Assembly: GCA_963816145.1 (NCBI GenBank)
Contig: CAWFJP010000014.1
Coordinates: 96,001 to 160,000, forward strand
DNA: 64,000 nt
Source: an uncultured delta proteobacterium
GTDB taxonomy: Bacteria; Desulfobacterota; Binatia; UBA9968
Direction: 5' to 3'
Shown: piece after piece, positions 50,511 through 59,546 of the stretch
Position numbering within the stretch: position 1 is the stretch's first letter
Layout of the letters: every line of letters begins with the position of its first letter
Made by a program: the position numbers and the translations under genes
The notes under the pieces: generated by a model
The model's input: the letters and a program-made list of their open reading frames with translations, nothing else
Databases searched by the model: none
Told to the model about the DNA's origin: nothing

Positions 50511-52259
50511 ATGACGATGCCAAACAAGACCGTGCCGGTTTCCACCGGCGCCGAGGCGTTTCTCGCGCAGATGCGCGCGCTCGGTTCGGTGCGTTACATG
50601 TTCGCCAACACCGGCACAGATCATGGTCCGTTGATCGAGGCGATGGCGCGGACGGCGGGCGAAGATCCGCGCGAGATTCGGCCCATCGTGGTGCCGCACG
50701 AGCAGGCGGCGGTATCGATGGCCCATGGTTATTACAACGTCACCCAACAGCCGCAGATGGTGCTGGTGCACACGCTGCCGGGCACGGCCAATGCTCTCGG
50801 CGGCGTCATCAACGCGGCGTCGGCCAACGTGCCGCTGTTTCTTTGCGCTGGGCGCACGCCGATCACCGAGGGCGAGCTGCGCGGCGGCAAGAGCCAGAAC
50901 ATTCACTGGCGTCAGGAATCGCGCGATCAAGGCGCTGTCGTCCGCGAATTCGTCAAGTGGGATTATGAAATTCGCACCAATCAAAACCTCGCCGCGGTAG
51001 TCGCGCGCGCCTACAAGATCGCCATGAGCGAGCCGCGCGGCCCCGTCTATATGACGCTGCCGCGCGAGTGGTTGGCCGAAGCGATGGAATCGACGCAGGT
51101 GTTTGCGCCGGACGCGCTGGCGCCGGCGAGTAAGACCCAAGCCGATCAAGCGTCGTTGGAGAAAACCGCCGACTGGCTGATCGCCTCCGATAGTCCGTTG
51201 ATCGTCACCAAGTATCTCGGCCGCAACCCCGAAGCGGTGCAGTCGTTGATCGAGTTGAGCGAGCTGTTGGCGATCCCCGTCGTGCAACAAATGACCTACG
51301 TCAATTTCCCCACTGACCATCCACTGCACTTGGGCACCCAGGTGACGAAATATGTGCGCAACGCGGACATGTTGTTTTTCATCGACACCGACGTGCCGTG
51401 GGAGCCGCCCAACCGCAATGTGTTGCGCGACGGTGTGAAGATCGTTCACCTCGAGCGCGATCCGCTGTTCACCGGCATTCCCGGTTGGGGGTTTCCCGCT
51501 GATTTGCCGGTGAGCGGTTGTTCCGAGGTCTCGCTGCCGGTGCTGAACGCAATCATCCGAAACAAGCTCAATGGCGGCGCGGTGACGCAAGCGAAATTGG
51601 ACGAGCGGCGCAAACAAACCGAAGCGGAACATCAAGTCATGATCCGCGAGATGGATGCCAGCGTCGAAGCGGTGAAAAATCAGTCGCCGATTCATCCGTA
51701 TTGGTTGTCGAAGTGCATCGCCGATGCGATGGACGATAAGACGATCATCGCCAATGAAACGATTACTTCGAAGCTCGCCGAGGTGATTCACTTGAATCGG
51801 CCGGGCTCGATGTTCAACACGCCGCTTGCCGGTCATCTCGGCTGGGGACTAGGCGCGGCGATCGGCATGAAGTTGGGAAATCCGGACGCCACCGTCATCG
51901 CCGCCGAAGGCGACGGTTCCTACATGTTCTGTGCGCCGACGGCCTGTCATTTCACCGCGCAGAAATATCAGATCCCATTTCTGACGGTGATCTATAACAA
52001 CCAGGTGTGGAACGCGAGTTTGAATGCAGCGCGCGGCCTCTATCCCGATGGCGTGGCAGCCAGGACGCGTAACTTTCCCGGCACCGATCTGACGCCGTCG
52101 CCCAACTTCGAGCTGACGGCGCAAGCCTGCGGCGCTTATGCGGCGCGAGTGGAAGACCCGGCGGCGTTGGCGGATGCGCTGGCGAAGGCGCTCAAAGTGG
52201 TGAAGGATGAAAAACGCCAGGCTCTGCTCAATGTAATCTGCAAAAATCCGCTGGCGTAA
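50511..52259 (+). CDS. Thiamine-diphosphate-dependent enzyme (acetolactate synthase/benzoylformate decarboxylase family)
   Basis: FANTGTD, PHEQAAVSMAHGY (catalytic Glu), GPVY, GDGS..NN ThDP motif. Confidence 0.9.
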   Translation: MTMPNKTVPVSTGAEAFLAQMRALGSVRYMFANTGTDHGPLIEAMARTAGEDPREIRPIVVPHEQAAVSMAHGYYNVTQQPQMVLVHTLPGTANALGGVINAASANVPLFLCAGRTPITEGELRGGKSQNIHWRQESRDQGAVVREFVKWDYEIRTNQNLAAVVARAYKIAMSEPRGPVYMTLPREWLAEAMESTQVFAPDALAPASKTQADQASLEKTADWLIASDSPLIVTKYLGRNPEAVQSLIELSELLAIPVVQQMTYVNFPTDHPLHLGTQVTKYVRNADMLFFIDTDVPWEPPNRNVLRDGVKIVHLERDPLFTGIPGWGFPADLPVSGCSEVSLPVLNAIIRNKLNGGAVTQAKLDERRKQTEAEHQVMIREMDASVEAVKNQSPIHPYWLSKCIADAMDDKTIIANETITSKLAEVIHLNRPGSMFNTPLAGHLGWGLGAAIGMKLGNPDATVIAAEGDGSYMFCAPTACHFTAQKYQIPFLTVIYNNQVWNASLNAARGLYPDGVAARTRNFPGTDLTPSPNFELTAQACGAYAARVEDPAALADALAKALKVVKDEKRQALLNVICKNPLA

Positions 52260-52270
52260 CTCCCACTTCA

Positions 52271-52428
52271 TCCTCCCCCGCTATGCGGGGGAGGAAAGAG
52301 GAGGGGGATCGGCCGCAAAGCATGCAAAAGACGCAAAGTGGAACGAAGTATTCTTTCCACCACGAAGGTCACGAAGGACATGAAGTTTAGAAAATTAACT
52401 ATCCGAACCCTTCGCGCTCTTTGTGGTA
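52271..52428. repeat. Cluster of three repeat types: CCTCCCCC..GGGGGAGG hairpin, CGCAAAG 9-bp units, CACGAAG element
   Basis: tcctcccccgctatgcgggggagga (52271); cgcaaag-ca-tgcaaaa-ga-cgcaaag (52314); ccac-cacgaag-gt-cacgaag-ga-catgaag-tttaga..tccgaacc-cttcgcg-ct-ctttgtg-gt (52357). Confidence 0.82.
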
Positions 52429-52532
52429 AATGATCTCTGTGAGCAGCGCAGCAATGGCTTGCTTGCGCGTGGTTTTGACCATCGGCCGCCGACACGGAAA
52501 CAAGCGGGGTATAGAGTTAGTCGAGGTGAACT

Positions 52533-53240
52533 GTGAAAACGATTCGTCAGCAAATACATGTCGACGGCAGCGCGATGAATTTATTTTCGGCGCAGCCTGA
52601 TTCCAATGGGGCCTTGCCGGCGGTGCTGGTGATACAGCATCAGTATGGGGTGGACAAGTTCATGGAGGAGATGACCGAGCGTTTCGCGCGCGACGGCTTT
52701 TTCGCAATTTGTCCGGATCTGTACCATCGCGATGGGCCGGACTGTAAGGACGACGGGCCGACGCGGCGCGGCCGGGCGCGCGACAGCAATATCATCAACG
52801 ATGTCAACGCGACGATGGCGCACCTGCGCGCGAACAAACTTGTCGACAGCAAACGGGTGGCGATTCTCGGCTTCTGCATGGGCGGACGGGTCGCCTATTT
52901 GATGGCGGCGGCGAGCAAGGATTTCAAAGCGGCGATCACCTGGTATGGCGGCAGTTGCTTCCGCCAGTGGGGCGACGGGCCGACGCCGTTCGAACGGACA
53001 GCGCAGATCTCCTGTCCGATCCAAGGCCATTTTGGCGCGACTGATCAAAATCCGACGCTGGAAGATATGGCCAAGATGGACGCCGAGTTGACGAAGTTTG
53101 GCAAGGAGCATGAGTTTTTCGTCTACCAAGACACCGGCCACTCGTTCATGGACCCGCATCATCCCGACCGTTACGTGGAAAAGTCGGACCGGGAGTCATG
53201 GGCGCGCGGCTTGGAGTTCTTGCGGAAGAATTTGGGATAG
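52533..53240 (+). CDS. Dienelactone hydrolase family protein
   Basis: PDLYHR, GFCMGG (Cys nucleophile), GATD, GHSF; GAGG RBS with GTG start. Confidence 0.92.
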   Translation: MKTIRQQIHVDGSAMNLFSAQPDSNGALPAVLVIQHQYGVDKFMEEMTERFARDGFFAICPDLYHRDGPDCKDDGPTRRGRARDSNIINDVNATMAHLRANKLVDSKRVAILGFCMGGRVAYLMAAASKDFKAAITWYGGSCFRQWGDGPTPFERTAQISCPIQGHFGATDQNPTLEDMAKMDAELTKFGKEHEFFVYQDTGHSFMDPHHPDRYVEKSDRESWARGLEFLRKNLG

Positions 53241-53245
53241 GGATC

Positions 53246-53327
53246 TCACCACGAAGATCACGAAGGACACGAAGGGTTCGGAAAAATATTAATCCGAACT
53301 TCGTGCTCTTCGTGTCCTTCGTGGTGA
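53246..53327. repeat. CACGAAG palindromic element
   Basis: tcac-cacgaag-at-cacgaag-ga-cacgaag-gg-ttcgga-aaaatattaa-tccgaa-cttcgtg-ct-cttcgtg-tc-cttcgtg-gtga. Confidence 0.93.
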
Positions 53328-53361
53328 TCAAGGAATTTAACAATTAGGAGCAGCTGCGGAC

Positions 53362-54351
53362 ATGGCGAACAAACCGAAAATCACTTTCTCGACCAATCCG
53401 AATCCGCGCAATCGCGCGCTCATCGACGGACTGATCCCGGTCGACGGTTACGATCTGGAATACGTCGGTGACAAATACTCGCCCGGCGAAATGCATTATC
53501 GTTTCGTCCAGGGCGAATTCGATATCGCCGAGATGTCGACAGCGACCTTGATGCGCGCCAAGGAAAAGGGCAAGCGTTTCTTGGCCTTGCCGGTGTTCTT
53601 CCAGCGCGGGCCGCGCCAGCGCAATATTTTTCACTGCGCCGGCAAGGTTAATCACCCGAGTGAACTTAAAGGCAAACAGATCGGCGCCTTTCGTTACGGC
53701 GCCACGGCGGTGTCCTGGGCGCGCGGTTATCTGCTCGACGAGCATGGCATTAAGACTACCGATGTCGGTTGGTTCGTGTCGGGACAGGAAGTTTACATCG
53801 GCAACGAACTGCCGGTGAAGGTCGAGCGGCTCGATCCGCCGCCGCCGTTCGGCCAAGAGAAGTCGCATTTGTCCCGGCTGTTGAGCGAAGGCAAGCTCGG
53901 GGCCGCATTGGTAGCAGGAGATTCGGGCTACACGGGCTTGTTCGGCGGCGGCTCGCTGCCGGGCGCGATGGGGCAATTCCCCGGTGTGAAGCCGCTGTTC
54001 GACGATACTGAAGAAATTGTCCGCTACGTCAAACGGACGCAGATCTATCCGATCATCCATATCATGGCGATCAACGAGGAGACTGCGGAGAAATATCCCG
54101 ACCTGGCGGCCAAACTGATCGAAGCGTTTCGGGAAGCGAATCGACTGGCGCCGAGGTATCTGACGGCAGCGCAGGCGGAAGGTTATGCGAAGGAGCGCGA
54201 CGTATTGGGGTATGATCCCTATGCCGGCGTATTGACGGAGGCGGATAAGAAATCTTTGCACGCTCTCAACCGCTACCAGATCGAGCAGGGTTTGGTGAAG
54301 AAAGAGCTGCCGATCGAGAGCTTGTTCGTCAAGGAAGCGTTCACAATGTAA
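53362..54351 (+). CDS. 4,5-dihydroxyphthalate decarboxylase-like protein (periplasmic-binding-protein fold, no signal peptide)
   Basis: RALIDG, EFDIAEMS, LALPVFF.R, TAVSWARG.L, IYPIIH, QGL. Confidence 0.75.
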   Translation: MANKPKITFSTNPNPRNRALIDGLIPVDGYDLEYVGDKYSPGEMHYRFVQGEFDIAEMSTATLMRAKEKGKRFLALPVFFQRGPRQRNIFHCAGKVNHPSELKGKQIGAFRYGATAVSWARGYLLDEHGIKTTDVGWFVSGQEVYIGNELPVKVERLDPPPPFGQEKSHLSRLLSEGKLGAALVAGDSGYTGLFGGGSLPGAMGQFPGVKPLFDDTEEIVRYVKRTQIYPIIHIMAINEETAEKYPDLAAKLIEAFREANRLAPRYLTAAQAEGYAKERDVLGYDPYAGVLTEADKKSLHALNRYQIEQGLVKKELPIESLFVKEAFTM

Positions 54352-54425
54352 GGCTGAAGTTCGAAGGATGAAGGCTGAAGTTCTCGATCTCCTTTTCATC
54401 CTTCCGCCCTCCGACTTCATCCTTT
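54351..54425. repeat. 7-bp-period inverted repeat (AGGATGA / TCATCCT)
   Basis: aggctga agttcga aggatga aggctga ag ... ttcatcc ttccgcc ctccgac ttcatcc tt. Confidence 0.8.
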
Positions 54426-54456
54426 AATTAATTGATCCGTTTACATCGAGGTGACC

Positions 54457-56349
54457 ATGGCAGCGAGTGACGATCTGTTCCCGGCGCGACGCACAACCCC
54501 GCTCCCCGGTGGATACATGGGTAAGATTTTGCGCGTCGATATGACCACCGGTACGCTGACCGACGAGAACTTGCCGGAGGAGCCGGATCTGCGCCGGTTC
54601 ATCGGCGGCCAGGCGCTGGCGCTTTACATTCTCATGCGCGAACAAGCGTTGAATGTGAAACCTCTCGATCCGGCGGCAAAGATGGTGATGATGACCGGAC
54701 CGCTGACGGGCACGGGGTTGACGCCTGGCGGGACGAAAGTTTGTGCGGTGTTCTTGAGCCCCATGACCAACAATACGCTCGGCCGCGGCGCGGCGAGCGG
54801 CTACTGGGCTGCCTATCTCAAACAAGCGGGTTACGACGGCATCATCATTCAAGGCGCGGCAAAGTCGCCGCAGTATTTATTCATCGACGATGGCAAGCCC
54901 GAGCTGCGCAATGCGCGCGAGTTTTGGGGCAAAGGGTCGCGTGACACTGAGAAGCTGCTACGCGCTGACGTCGGTATCAAGGACGCGCGCGTCATGGGTA
55001 TCGGCCCTGCCGGCGAGCATTTAGTCAATGCGGCGATGCTGTGCAACGACTTCAATCATTCGGCGTCACACAGCGGCGGCGCGATCTTCGGCTCGAAGAT
55101 GCTCAAGGGAATCGTGGTGTACGGCACCAAGCGGCCGCCGTTGCACGATAAGGCGGCGCTCATCGAAGCCGGTCTGCGCTGGCGCAAGACGTTGCAGCAA
55201 TATTCCCTTAAAGACCGCTACAGCACCGGCCATGCGCGCCATCTCGAAGCGCTGCCCAACAATAACATGCAGAGCACGTTGATCGGCGATCACAACCGCG
55301 GCTTCGATCAGAATCGGGTCGTCCAGAGACCATGCTTTCAATGCGCGCGGCTTTGTCCTTGGGATGTCGAGATCGGCGAGGGCGAGTTCAAAGGCAAGGT
55401 CGGCCACTTCAACGCTGGCGCCGAGTGGTTAGATACTTTTTGGAATCTCGGCGTCAAAGGCAACGCGACGCTTTATCTGGCCGAGCGCATCAACGATCTC
55501 GGCATCGAGTGCGGCCACTTTTCCTTTGGCGCCGGGGTCTTGTTCGAAGCGTATGAGAAAGGTTTGGTCACCGAGAAGGATTGCGACGGAATGAAACTCG
55601 AATGGGGCAACGTCGAAGCGATCGATAAATTATTGACGATGACCGCGCGGCGCCAGGGCAAGTGGGGAAACTTGATCGCCGACGGGCCGCTCGAAGTGGC
55701 CGAGGCGATCGGCGGTGACGCTGTACACTGGGTAGTCCACACCAAGCGCGGAGTGCCGGCGATGCACGACTGGCGGCCGCATTTCTCGAACATGCTGCGC
55801 GAGATAGTCGCCAGCGGCGGCATGAAACCGCAGGGCGGAGGTCAGGCCAATCCACCGCCGGATTTGAAGTACCGCGAAAAGTGGGGGCCGCTCGACCGCG
55901 ACGATCCGGCGGGCTGGCCGCAGTCCAACGTCAACGCTGAACAGTATCGTCAATTCGTCGGCATCATGGGCGGCTGCTGGTTCGCCCAGATGCATGGCAA
56001 ACCGGATGGATTAAAGAGCATCGTCGATTCGTTCAACGCCATCACCGGCTGGAATTTCACACTCGACGACGCGATGTTGGCCGGCCACCGCAGCGCGATT
56101 TTACAAAGCCTCTTCGCCACCCAGCGTGGCTGGATCGCTGACCACGACTGGCAGCAGGTGGGCCAACGCTTCCTCGACCCGGTGCCCGACGGCAAATACC
56201 AAGGCTTCACCATCGCCAAGTGGCTTCCCGAAATGGTCCGCGAATACTATCAACTCTCCGGCCGTCACGAAAAAACCGGACGGCCATTCATGGACACGTT
56301 GAAGTTGTTAGGGTTGGAAGAATTCAGCGAGTGGGCGCAGTTGGATTAG
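54457..56349 (+). CDS. Aldehyde:ferredoxin oxidoreductase family (W/Mo-pterin)
   Basis: GYMGKILRVDMT, TGPLTG, SPMT, LKQAGYDGIII.G, IGPAGE, GAIFGSK.LK, CFQCARLC and GGCWF cysteines. Confidence 0.9.
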   Translation: MAASDDLFPARRTTPLPGGYMGKILRVDMTTGTLTDENLPEEPDLRRFIGGQALALYILMREQALNVKPLDPAAKMVMMTGPLTGTGLTPGGTKVCAVFLSPMTNNTLGRGAASGYWAAYLKQAGYDGIIIQGAAKSPQYLFIDDGKPELRNAREFWGKGSRDTEKLLRADVGIKDARVMGIGPAGEHLVNAAMLCNDFNHSASHSGGAIFGSKMLKGIVVYGTKRPPLHDKAALIEAGLRWRKTLQQYSLKDRYSTGHARHLEALPNNNMQSTLIGDHNRGFDQNRVVQRPCFQCARLCPWDVEIGEGEFKGKVGHFNAGAEWLDTFWNLGVKGNATLYLAERINDLGIECGHFSFGAGVLFEAYEKGLVTEKDCDGMKLEWGNVEAIDKLLTMTARRQGKWGNLIADGPLEVAEAIGGDAVHWVVHTKRGVPAMHDWRPHFSNMLREIVASGGMKPQGGGQANPPPDLKYREKWGPLDRDDPAGWPQSNVNAEQYRQFVGIMGGCWFAQMHGKPDGLKSIVDSFNAITGWNFTLDDAMLAGHRSAILQSLFATQRGWIADHDWQQVGQRFLDPVPDGKYQGFTIAKWLPEMVREYYQLSGRHEKTGRPFMDTLKLLGLEEFSEWAQLD

Positions 56350-56463
56350 GGCGCTGCACCACCGCGCTTTTCAAGTTTCAACAATCATTGTTCAACTTTA
56401 GGTATTCGGATTTGGCGCGGCAACATTTTTGGACATCATGAACCGAGTATTCTTGGATTTAAG

Positions 56464-57495
56464 ATGAAAAATATTTGTGTGGCGATTTTAATCGCTTTTT
56501 CGATTTTAGGATCGCCAGTTTTTGCCCAAACGCCTTTCTACCAGGGTAAAACCGTCCAGATCCGCGTCGGCTTCGCCGCCGGCGGGGCATTCGATGTTTG
56601 GGCGCGGGTGATTGCCAGTTATCTGGGCCGGTTCGTGCCGGGGAATCCGACGTTTGTCGTGCAAAACATGACCGGCGGCGGGTCGATGATTGCGGCGAAT
56701 TACGTTTACGGCGTGGCCAAACCGGATGGCTTGACGCTCGGTGTGGTCAGTCCGGCGATGTATATCGAGCAAGTGACGGGGAAGAAGGAAGTTCAGTACG
56801 ATTGGTTCAAGTTTAGCTTTGTCGGTTCGCCGGAGAAGACCGATCGGATATTTTACATGCGTGCCGATACCGGCATTAAAACGCTGGAAGATATGCGCAC
56901 GGTGGCGGATCCGCCGCGCTGCGGCTCCACCGGCATCGGCAGCGCTGCTTACTATTTCCCGCGGCTGTTGCAGGATGCTTTCGGACTTAAACTCATGATC
57001 GTGCCTGGCTATCCTGGGGCAGCCGACGTTAATTTGGCGATCGAGAAGGGTGAGGTTCAATGTTTCAGCGGCACGGTGCAGGCTTTTTTCGGCAGCGAAC
57101 CGCTGCGTAGTTGGTCGAAAACCGGTTTCACCCGTGTGCTGGTTCAGGGCGGCGCCAAACGCGATGCGCGCATGTCGAGCGTCCCGACTCTGTGGGAGTT
57201 GATGGATAAAAATAAGACCAACGAGATATACCGCCGCTTGGCGAAGATTCTTCTCATCCCCGACGATATGGGCCGGCCGCTCTTCGGATCGCCGGGGATG
57301 CCGGCGGATCGTCTGAAAATATTGCGTGACGGTTTCAACAAGATGATGAACGATTCTGAGCTGATCGCCGAGGCGAAGAAAAAGGGGCTGGATGTCACGC
57401 CATTGAGCGGCGAGGATCTCGACGCGTTGATCAAAGAGGCCGGCGTGCCTTCGGCTGATATGGTTCAACGGCTGAAACCGCTGATGGAGAATTAG
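56464..57495 (+). CDS. Tripartite tricarboxylate transporter substrate-binding protein (TctC/Bug-like)
   Basis: FYQGKT..VGFAAGGAFD..AR, VQNMTGGG, KPDGLT, GYPG, VPT, PGMP. Confidence 0.88.
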   Translation: MKNICVAILIAFSILGSPVFAQTPFYQGKTVQIRVGFAAGGAFDVWARVIASYLGRFVPGNPTFVVQNMTGGGSMIAANYVYGVAKPDGLTLGVVSPAMYIEQVTGKKEVQYDWFKFSFVGSPEKTDRIFYMRADTGIKTLEDMRTVADPPRCGSTGIGSAAYYFPRLLQDAFGLKLMIVPGYPGAADVNLAIEKGEVQCFSGTVQAFFGSEPLRSWSKTGFTRVLVQGGAKRDARMSSVPTLWELMDKNKTNEIYRRLAKILLIPDDMGRPLFGSPGMPADRLKILRDGFNKMMNDSELIAEAKKKGLDVTPLSGEDLDALIKEAGVPSADMVQRLKPLMEN

Positions 57496-57602
57496 CGACA
57501 GAGAGTTGGCTCCACAGAACCCAACGAACGATTGGGCTTTGTCGGGGTGGCATCAAATCCGCCTTAATGGCGCTCCGGCGCAACCGAAAGAGTGACTCAA
57601 GC

Positions 57603-58361
57603 ATGGCAAGCACGATTTACGACGTCACCGGTCAAACGGCGTTGATTACTGGCGGCGCTAGCGGAATCGGCCGGGCGATGGCGGAAGCGCTGGGTAAGGC
57701 CGGCGCGAAGGTTTGGCTGGCGTCGCGGGATGCAGCGGCGATCGGCCGGGCGGTGGATGAGTTGCGCAGCGCCGGTATCACGGCGGAAGGGGCGCAACTC
57801 GATGTCACGCATCGTATTCAAATCGAGAATCTTACCGGGCACATTGTCAAGCAGGATGGCAAGATTGATATCCTGATTAACTGTGCCGGAGTGATGATCA
57901 AACATCCGGTGCTGGAAATGCCAGATGAGGTTTGGGACCACGTGATCGGCGTTAATTTGAAGGGCGCCTTTCTGTGCACCCAGGCGGTGGCGCGCGGCAT
58001 GATCGCGCGCGGCTACGGCCGGATCATTCATTTTTCCTCGGGCCATGTGAAAGGCAACGCGACCAACTCGGCCTACGCTGCGTCGAAGGGCGGGGTTGAA
58101 GCCTTCACGCGTACGTTCGCCGCGGAGTTAGCACAACTCAACGTCGACGTGACGATCAATGCGGTGGAGCCGGGCGGCACCGATACGCCGATGTGGCGCC
58201 GCGGCAAGAGCAAGGAGTATATCCAGCAGGCGCTGAAGTCCGGCCGGATACGTTCTGCGGATCATATGGCTTCGACGATCGTTTATTTGGCGAGCCGCGC
58301 GAGCGCGGCGATCAACGGGCAAGTGATCGAGCGGGGGGCTAAGCCCCCGCTCGGTTCGTAG
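57603..58361 (+). CDS. Short-chain dehydrogenase/reductase
   Basis: TGGASGIG, INCAG, YAASKGG, NAVEPG. Confidence 0.9.
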   Translation: MASTIYDVTGQTALITGGASGIGRAMAEALGKAGAKVWLASRDAAAIGRAVDELRSAGITAEGAQLDVTHRIQIENLTGHIVKQDGKIDILINCAGVMIKHPVLEMPDEVWDHVIGVNLKGAFLCTQAVARGMIARGYGRIIHFSSGHVKGNATNSAYAASKGGVEAFTRTFAAELAQLNVDVTINAVEPGGTDTPMWRRGKSKEYIQQALKSGRIRSADHMASTIVYLASRASAAINGQVIERGAKPPLGS

Positions 58362-58399
58362 CTGCTGGATTTCAGTCTTTGAGTGCTCGACTCGAATCT

Positions 58400-58434
58400 T
58401 ACTCGTGCCTCAAGCCTCGCGCCTCATGCCTTCT
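58400..58434. repeat. 7-bp tandem repeat GCCTCnn x4
   Basis: gcctcaa gcctcgc gcctcat gccttct between convergent genes. Confidence 0.6.
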
Positions 58435-59516
58435 CAGAAATTAATAACCGCTTTGACGACCGAGTAGCTGGCCATCGCTTGCATCGCTTCGTTGATCTGA
58501 TCGAGCTTGTAGCTCTTGCTGATCATCTCTTCGAAGGGAAAGATTTTCCGCCGCGAGGCGAGAAAGTCGATGGCCTGGAGCCAGTGGCGCGGTTCGCCCG
58601 AACGGATCGTGATGAACAACATTTCTTGCGGAATTTTCTCCACCGCGATATTGGCTTTGCCGCCGGCGCCGATGTTCAAGTAGCGGCCGCCGTCGCGCAG
58701 CAGTGTTAATCCTTCCGGCACCGCCATGTTGTTGGCGACCTGGACCACGACGTCAGCGCCGCGGCCGTCGGTGTGATCCTTGACCCACTGGCGGCGCAGT
58801 TTCTCGTCGGTCACCTCTTCGAGATTCAGTACCGCGTCGGCGCCCATTTTTTTGGTGACTTCCAAACGATTGGCCGGCGCACCGATGACTAAAACTTTTT
58901 TCGCGCCATGATCTTTGGCGACCGCGGTGGCAAAATTGCCGAGCGGGCCGCTGCCTTGGATCACCACGGTCTCATGGCTTTTGATCGCGCCGAGCCGGTC
59001 GTAGCCATGCATGACCGTGCGGTAGGCGCAGGCCGAGGCGGCTGCCGACGCCGAGGTCACTTCGTCGGGAACTTTGATGATCAAACATTCCTTGGGCACA
59101 TACATGTACTCGGCGCAGCTGCCGAGCAGATAGGGATGCTGGTCGCTGCGATTGTGGCCCCAGGATGCGCGGCCGCGGCAGATGCACGGCTGGCAGGCGA
59201 CAGTGCAATAGTAACAAGAACCGCAAGCAACATAGCTCCAGACAACGCGATCGCCGCGTTTTACTGGATTGCCCAAAATATCGGTGCGCTCACCGGCGAT
59301 GTCTTGGACCGTGCCGCAAGGCTCGTGGCCCGTGATGATCGGTAGCGTGTCCTTATCACCCAGCGGCCCATGCCAGCGGTGTACGTCGGTGCCGCACAGC
59401 GTCGAAGCGGTGATTTTGATCAGTAACGATCCCGGATCGAGATTGGGGATTTGCACCTTTTGAATGGTCAGCGGTTTGTTGTGTTCGGTGATGACAGCGG
59501 CATTGCAAGTTTCCAT
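58434..59516 (-). CDS. Zinc-binding alcohol dehydrogenase (MDR family)
   Basis: LCGTDVH, GHE, CGSCYYC..C structural Zn motif, QGSGPLG. Confidence 0.92.
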   Translation of the reverse strand: METCNAAVITEHNKPLTIQKVQIPNLDPGSLLIKITASTLCGTDVHRWHGPLGDKDTLPIITGHEPCGTVQDIAGERTDILGNPVKRGDRVVWSYVACGSCYYCTVACQPCICRGRASWGHNRSDQHPYLLGSCAEYMYVPKECLIIKVPDEVTSASAAASACAYRTVMHGYDRLGAIKSHETVVIQGSGPLGNFATAVAKDHGAKKVLVIGAPANRLEVTKKMGADAVLNLEEVTDEKLRRQWVKDHTDGRGADVVVQVANNMAVPEGLTLLRDGGRYLNIGAGGKANIAVEKIPQEMLFITIRSGEPRHWLQAIDFLASRRKIFPFEEMISKSYKLDQINEAMQAMASYSVVKAVINF

Positions 59517-59546
59517 GGCGTTTCCTTTCGTCGCGACGGTTTAAGT

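Noticed and set aside
317-53327. CACGAAG repeats as a CRISPR array
   Set aside because: Copies are dispersed singly across intergenic regions, there is no repeat-spacer tandem structure, and no cas genes are present.
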